Shown: piece by piece, positions 38,740 through 43,436 of the stretch
How the letters are laid out: the number at the start of each line of letters is the position of its first letter
How positions within the stretch are numbered: the first letter of the stretch is position 1
NCBI GenBank assembly: GCA_023150835.1
Contig: JAKLKB010000047.1
Location: 1 to 43,436, forward strand
DNA length: 43,436 nt
Reading direction: 5' to 3'
From: Myxococcota bacterium
Lineage (GTDB): Bacteria > Myxococcota_C > UBA6777
Position numbers and translations under genes: made by a program
Notes under the pieces: model-generated
Databases searched by the model: none
The model's input: only the letters and a program-made list of their open reading frames with translations
Told to the model about the DNA's origin: nothing

Positions 38740-38849
38740 TAGGACTTCTACGAAATCCGCCCGTTGCGTTGTCGCAAAACGTAGGGGCATCTGCCCGATA
38801 ATCGAGCGTCTACGTACTCTCCTTTGTGTGTGCATCACTGGGATATCGT
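38738..38849. repeat. Diverged copy of the 117-bp element found at 1-254, with a collapsed hairpin
   Basis: TACGAAATCCGCCCGTTG..ACGTAGGGGCATCTGCCC..GCGTCTACGT..GGATATCGT aligns with the unit. Confidence 0.85.
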
Positions 38850-38900
38850 GTTGCGTGGTTGGGCTTAACTGTTCTCATTGCAAAGGAGTGATGCGAGATC

Positions 38901-39470
38901 ATGGATCACCAGATGTTGCGCCAATCCCTTCAAGAACAAGGCAATTTTCTTTTGCAGCTAAAGCGTTTGCGTGACGCAGGGCAGATCCCAACAGGGATCT
39001 TGGCGCAGTTGGCCTGTGACACGGCCCTTTATGCGCTCCATCAATCTCCTCATCCCCTCGCGCAAACAGCCCCCGCTTGTTTTGCGGCCATTGAACTCCG
39101 CCGCCGATGGTTGGCGGCTCAACGCCTGCCTTCACAACCCACTACGCCTGTTCTTGTTGGAGACGATACCTTTTCGCCCTTTGGCGTGGAGGTGGGGATG
39201 CCCCTCGAACAAGCCCTCCAGCGAGTCGTCGACGCTGCCCGCCGAACCGCACACGAACACGCCGTCCTTCAAACAGGCACCGAATCGACCAATGCTGCAG
39301 CAGATGCTGCCGATCAAGAAGAATATGCTTTGCGTGCGCTGGCGTGGGCGCAAGCGGCGGCTGCTGCTCTCGTTCCCCCCGAACAATCTTCCATCACACG
39401 CGAACAAGAAGCCGAACGCCAACGACAAGCATTCCTCGTGTTGCTTGAAGCACCCGCACAGATCGCCTGA
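38901..39470 (+). CDS. Hypothetical helical protein
   Basis: 189-aa ORF with AAGGAG upstream; converges on the next gene. Confidence 0.65.
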   Translation: MDHQMLRQSLQEQGNFLLQLKRLRDAGQIPTGILAQLACDTALYALHQSPHPLAQTAPACFAAIELRRRWLAAQRLPSQPTTPVLVGDDTFSPFGVEVGMPLEQALQRVVDAARRTAHEHAVLQTGTESTNAAADAADQEEYALRALAWAQAAAAALVPPEQSSITREQEAERQRQAFLVLLEAPAQIA

Positions 39471-39500
39471 AGCATCCGCACAGATCACCGACTCCTCCAA

Positions 39501-40241
39501 TCACTTAAAACAGAGATTGTCTTCAACGTTGGCTTCGATGGTGAATGCGGGTTTGGTTGGGGCTGCCACAAAGTCGATCTCTTTGCAAGCAAAGTAATCG
39601 CCCGGAGTGGTCGCATCGATCGGCTTGTCTTTGCGGCAAAAGCCCGCAACGACCACAAGATGCTTGCCGACAGGGATGTGATCATAGAGCAGCGGAAGAG
39701 AACTCGCAAACGGTGGTTTGATCGGAGTATCAAAAGGGGTCGCGCTCACCCGGTTGGGATAGTAGCGCCCCAACTCCAACGCAAGCAGATCTTGGGGCTT
39801 GGTGTCATTGAGTGTTTTGAGTCGCGCACAATCAATGGCTTTCCCGTTGAGATCGGTCTTGGGGAACACAAACAACCGTAGTGACGTGGTGATCGCTTCT
39901 TCCATCTGTTTGCTTAGGTTGTCGGGAAACTTCACCACAAATTGCCCTTCCGAAAGGGCTGCGCTAGACTTTCCGCACTTGTTGTTTTTTTCTTCGGCTT
40001 GGATCGAACACATCACATAGTTGGGGCCGCTATTGTCGAACGTATGGAGCGCATCGACACAACGCTTGTATTCGTTGGCGTCGGTTTGTGGGCAACTTTT
40101 CTTGACGCAATCCATCTCGGTCTTGCATTCCCCTGTGGGTGTGGGCTGGGGCTTGATCGGATCCACACAACCCACCCACCACCCGAAACACAACAACCAC
40201 CCACAAACGCCCATCATCCGTCTTTTTCTTGCCTTCAACAT
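39501..40241 (-). CDS. Putative Cys-rich lipoprotein
   Basis: GAGGA then MLKARKRRMMGVCGWLLCFGWWVG-C (lipobox-like), followed by CKTEMDC..C..C..C..C and further cysteines. Confidence 0.75.
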   Translation of the reverse strand: MLKARKRRMMGVCGWLLCFGWWVGCVDPIKPQPTPTGECKTEMDCVKKSCPQTDANEYKRCVDALHTFDNSGPNYVMCSIQAEEKNNKCGKSSAALSEGQFVVKFPDNLSKQMEEAITTSLRLFVFPKTDLNGKAIDCARLKTLNDTKPQDLLALELGRYYPNRVSATPFDTPIKPPFASSLPLLYDHIPVGKHLVVVAGFCRKDKPIDATTPGDYFACKEIDFVAAPTKPAFTIEANVEDNLCFK

Positions 40242-40554
40242 ACTTTCCTCGATCTTTTTCCCGATGTTGCTTGCTTTGCACAAAGTGTTTGTTTGCGGCT
40301 GTTGCAAAGGCCCTTGCGTTGGGGCATTCGATAAAACAGGCCACCGACAAACACAGGCGACGCTAGAAGAATTGGCCCCACCTGTCAAGCGCCATCCCCG
40401 CTACTGTCAACGTCATGCTCGATGCGCAAAGGTCTAGGAAACAAGAGAACTTATTGCTTGAGGCGATCGGGTGCGTTATGATGTCCCGCACACTGCACCG
40501 TGCGGTGGTTTGTTGCGTGCGCTTTCCTTACACTACGGAGGCAGAGAGACGCAC

Positions 40555-43436
40555 ATGTCTTTCTGGAAGCCTAAAGAAATCCTTCAGCGTCTTGATGCGC
40601 AGATCCGTCAACCCAACAACGAATCTTCGTTGCTTCGTCTCTGGCGAGACTCTGATCTTTCCCACCGCCTCCTTTCGGTCTTGCAGCGCGCCAACCAAGC
40701 CCTCTCTCGCGCAAATGCCCAATCCCAAATCCGCGAGTGGCTCACCCAAGAAAGCCGCCACCTCCAACTCCACGGGCCTTGGTTTCTTTTGTGGCGCGAA
40801 CTCTTCCCCTTGCTTCAACCCGCCCCCCTTCGCTCCTCCACGTCTATACATCCCGAACATCCGCAATCTTCGCAACAAAGACCAGCTTCTCCTGCTCAAC
40901 AACATTTTGCTTCAGCATCCCAAGAATACACACCCCCCAATCCTGCGATCCTTTCCTTGAATCCCGATCTTCCGTTGCACCCTCAAAGCCGTCGAGGGGA
41001 TTCTTCTGGACAAATCTCGGCTCTCCCTCATCCTCTTTCGCCCAAACACAAGGGGGCGATCTCTTCGGGGGCGATCTCTTCGGGGGCGATCTCTTCGGGG
41101 GCGATCTCTTCGGGGGCGATCTCTTCGGGGGCGATCTCCCAAGGTTCTTTGCCGCGAGCAGAAGCCCCCTCTTTTGCGAGTCCCCACCGAACGTCTCGGA
41201 TAGATGGGGAAGTCGAGGGGTCCCCACGTTCTTTTCAAGGGATCGCACCGAACCAAGTCGTTGCTTCTCTCCCGAGCGACGGAGGTGATCAGCGTCGTCC
41301 CAAAAGCGCCTCTCCTCCATCCGCGTCTCGCCCTGCGCAACCCCCCACAAGAGACTCAAACAAAGTCTCGATCCATTCCTCCCAAGGCTCGATGCCTTCC
41401 CAAAGTTTTCCAAGCGGAAGTTGGGATCAGTGGTCTGCGACAGACTCCGCAACGACCGAACTTGCGGACGCGATCGCCTCCAAAATGTCCACCTTTTTGT
41501 ACGCTTCTCCCATCGCAAAATGGGTGGACCCCGGCAAGTTTGAAAAATACCTGCAAAAACGGATGCCTCAATACATCGCGGACGGTGAATTGGATCTCAA
41601 CCCGATCCGAAAAACACTCTATAAAACCAACAACCATGACCCCGCACAGATCGAACGTTTTATCGCACAGCTCGCCGCACAGTCTTGGCCTATCCCGCTC
41701 AAGATCCTCGACTTATCCTCACCTTCGCCTTCGTCCGCTGCTGCGGCACAGACCACACAGCCGCCCTCTCCACCGCAAGGCGTGACAGTTCGACCGCTTG
41801 CGCGCAGCCTTTCGCAAGGCAGCGCAAGTGCTGTCTCCCAAGGGCCTCGTCACCCCGTCTCGGATGCTTCTCTTCAAGTGACTCCAAAACAGCCTGCTTC
41901 TCCTTCCAGCGCGGCTTTGCGCGTCACACCCAAACAACCCGTCTCGGCTTCTCCTTCCAGCGCGACTTTGCGTGTCACACCCAAACCATCCACCACCCCT
42001 GCTCGTGCCGACATCGGGACACCTCCCAAAAAGGAACCTCGATCTGTGGCTGCCCACTCCGCCGCTGCGCCCAGTCCTTCTCGCACGAATCTCTCCGCCG
42101 CTGCGCCCAGTCCTTCTCGTACGAATCTCTCCGCCGCTGCGCCCAGTCCTTCTCGCACGAACCTCTCCGCCGCTGCGCCCAGTCCTTCTCGTACGAATCT
42201 CTCCGCAGACTCTTCTCGTCCTGCGCCTCGTGAGGCGAATAAGCCGCCTCCCCAAGAATCCTCTCTCCAATCTTCGCGTTATGCTTCTTTTTCAGATATC
42301 GTCCCGGCTTCGGGACCCAACAAGCCTCTCTCTGTCGAACAACCGTCCGCAGCAGCGGGCTATTTCCCAAGCGGAAGTTGGGATCAGCACGACGCATCTC
42401 CTGTCCCCGATCAGATCGAGCAATTGCTTCAACTTCTGATCAACGAACTCTCTTTGACAAGGCTTTCTCGCTTTGTCGATCCGCACAAATTCGAGATCTT
42501 TTTGCGAAAGCGGATCAAAAAGTACATTCAAAATACGCAGGTCGATCTCGAACCCATCCGCGAAACCCTCTTGAAAACCCCCAAGGCGCTCCCCGAAGAC
42601 GTCGACGATTACCTCCGACAAGTCGCTCGAACCGACAGCCTTTTTTGGGTCTTTCGCTTGCCTGTCGGACTTCGGCGCGCAAATACGGCCCCCCCGACAC
42701 CTCTCAAAGGAAATCCTTCAGACGATCCTGAACTGGCCGCACTTCTCGATAAGTCGGGCCTTTTTGATGATATCTTCCCTCCCCATCATCCCCCACAACC
42801 TATCGCGCCCGCTCCTGTTCAAGAAGAACGCGTGAATGAAAACCGCGCTCCAATGGTCTTTCGTGACGCCTCTCTCTCTGGTTCGCGGGGTGATCTTTCG
42901 CAAGTGTCGCAACGACCGCCCATATCGTCAGGCTCGCGGGGTGACCTCTCGCAAGTGCCGCAACGACCGTCCATCTCGTCAGGCTCGCGGGGCGACCTCT
43001 CGCAAGTGCCGCAACGACCGTCCATCTCGTCAGGCTCACGGGGCGACCTTCCCAATTTTTCAACGCACGCATCTCCCGCATCTCCCCATGCGCAAGATCC
43101 TCGGCGGCAAGTGCCGCAACGACCGCACATATCGTCAGGCTCGCGGGGCGACCTCTCGCAGGTGTCGCAACGACCGCCCATATCGTCAGGCTCGCGGGGT
43201 GACCTATCGCAAGTGCCGCAACGACTGCCCATATCGTCAGGCTCGCGGGGCGACCTATCGCAAGTGCCGCAACGACCAACGGCTACCCTCGGATACCCTC
43301 AAAATCAGCAGGCATCGTATCCTCAGCAGGCATCGTATCCTCAGCAGGCATCGTATCCTCAGCAGGCATCGTATCCTCAGCAGGCATCGTATCCTCAGCA
43401 GGCATCGTATCCTCAGCAGGCATCGTATCCTCAGCA
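40555..43436 (+). CDS. Large repeat-rich hypothetical protein, 3'-truncated by the window edge (>960 aa), absent from the ORF track
   Basis: GGAGG then ATG TCT TTC TGG ([14 protein letters not shown]..). Manual translation shows no in-frame stop to 43436, and all internal repeat units are multiples of 3. Confidence 0.88.
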   Translation, partial: MSFWKPKEILQRLDAQIRQPNNESSLLRLWRDSDLSHRLLSVLQRANQALSRANAQSQIREWLTQESRHLQLHGPWFLLWRELFPLLQPAPLRSSTSIHPEHPQSSQQRPASPAQQHFASASQEYTPPNPAILSLNPDLPLHPQSRRGDSSGQISALPHPLSPKHKGAISSGAISSGAISSGAISSGAISSGAISQGSLPRAEAPSFASPHRTSRIDGEVEGSPRSFQGIAPNQVVASLPSDGGDQRRPKSASPPSASRPAQPPTRDSNKVSIHSSQGSMPSQSFPSGSWDQWSATDSATTELADAIASKMSTFLYASPIAKWVDPGKFEKYLQKRMPQYIADGELDLNPIRKTLYKTNNHDPAQIERFIAQLAAQSWPIPLKILDLSSPSPSSAAAAQTTQPPSPPQGVTVRPLARSLSQGSASAVSQGPRHPVSDASLQVTPKQPASPSSAALRVTPKQPVSASPSSATLRVTPKPSTTPARADIGTPPKKEPRSVAAHSAAAPSPSRTNLSAAAPSPSRTNLSAAAPSPSRTNLSAAAPSPSRTNLSADSSRPAPREANKPPPQESSLQSSRYASFSDIVPASGPNKPLSVEQPSAAAGYFPSGSWDQHDASPVPDQIEQLLQLLINELSLTRLSRFVDPHKFEIFLRKRIKKYIQNTQVDLEPIRETLLKTPKALPEDVDDYLRQVARTDSLFWVFRLPVGLRRANTAPPTPLKGNPSDDPELAALLDKSGLFDDIFPPHHPPQPIAPAPVQEERVNENRAPMVFRDASLSGSRGDLSQVSQRPPISSGSRGDLSQVPQRPSISSGSRGDLSQVPQRPSISSGSRGDLPNFSTHASPASPHAQDPRRQVPQRPHISSGSRGDLSQVSQRPPISSGSRGDLSQVPQRLPISSGSRGDLSQVPQRPTATLGYPQNQQASYPQQASYPQQASYPQQASYPQQASYPQQASYPQQASYPQ
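41053..41138. repeat. 15-bp repeat x~6 (GAISS)
   Basis: GGGGCGATCTCTTCG in tandem. Confidence 0.93.
42058..42206. repeat. 36-bp repeat x4 ([12 protein letters not shown])
   Basis: TCCGCCGCTGCGCCCAGTCCTTCTCGYACGAAYCTC in tandem. Confidence 0.93.
42877..43277. repeat. 51-bp repeat x~7, interrupted once ([17 protein letters not shown])
   Basis: TCAGGCTCGCGGGGYGACCTMTCGCAAGTGCCGCAACGACCG recurs. Confidence 0.92.
43306..43436. repeat. 18-bp perfect repeat x7+ (QQASYP), running off the edge
   Basis: CAGCAGGCATCGTATCCT in tandem. Confidence 0.95.

Noticed and set aside
42877-43260. Seven RGD motifs suggesting an integrin-binding adhesin
   Set aside because: They arise from amplification of one repeat unit, and the visible protein has no export signal.
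40415-43279. Short ORF-track ORFs at the right end
   Set aside because: Alternative frames of the single long frame starting at 40555.

Overview
This looks like a core-plus-signalling chromosomal segment from a Myxococcota-like bacterium. The taxon is inferred from three Hanks-type kinases, TPR/PEGA/FGE-like/cNMP fusions and long Pro/Ser linkers. Gene order: a giant TPR protein with degenerate OmpA-like domains and a kinase-TM-FGE-like protein (both minus strand); groES-groEL; an ECF sigma factor, a membrane anti-sigma-like protein, a lipoprotein caspase-PEGA-beta-barrel protein and an Ig/vWA-like lipoprotein; argF, an HD phosphohydrolase and a kinase with two cNMP-like domains; a kinase-PEGA and a TPR gene (minus strand); a transglutaminase / DUF4129-like / DUF4350-like / MoxR / DUF58 cluster; small membrane and coiled-coil genes; an AT-rich gap with two perfect DnaA boxes; a PduO-type adenosyltransferase; and a >960-codon repeat-rich ORF that runs off the right edge and is missing from the ORF track. 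Several REP/MITE-like palindromic elements occur, one inside a CDS. I saw no rRNA, tRNA, CRISPR array or transposase. The best candidate for an undescribed system is the ECF sigma / anti-sigma / outer-membrane caspase module. All domain names come from recognising motifs by eye, not from database searches.
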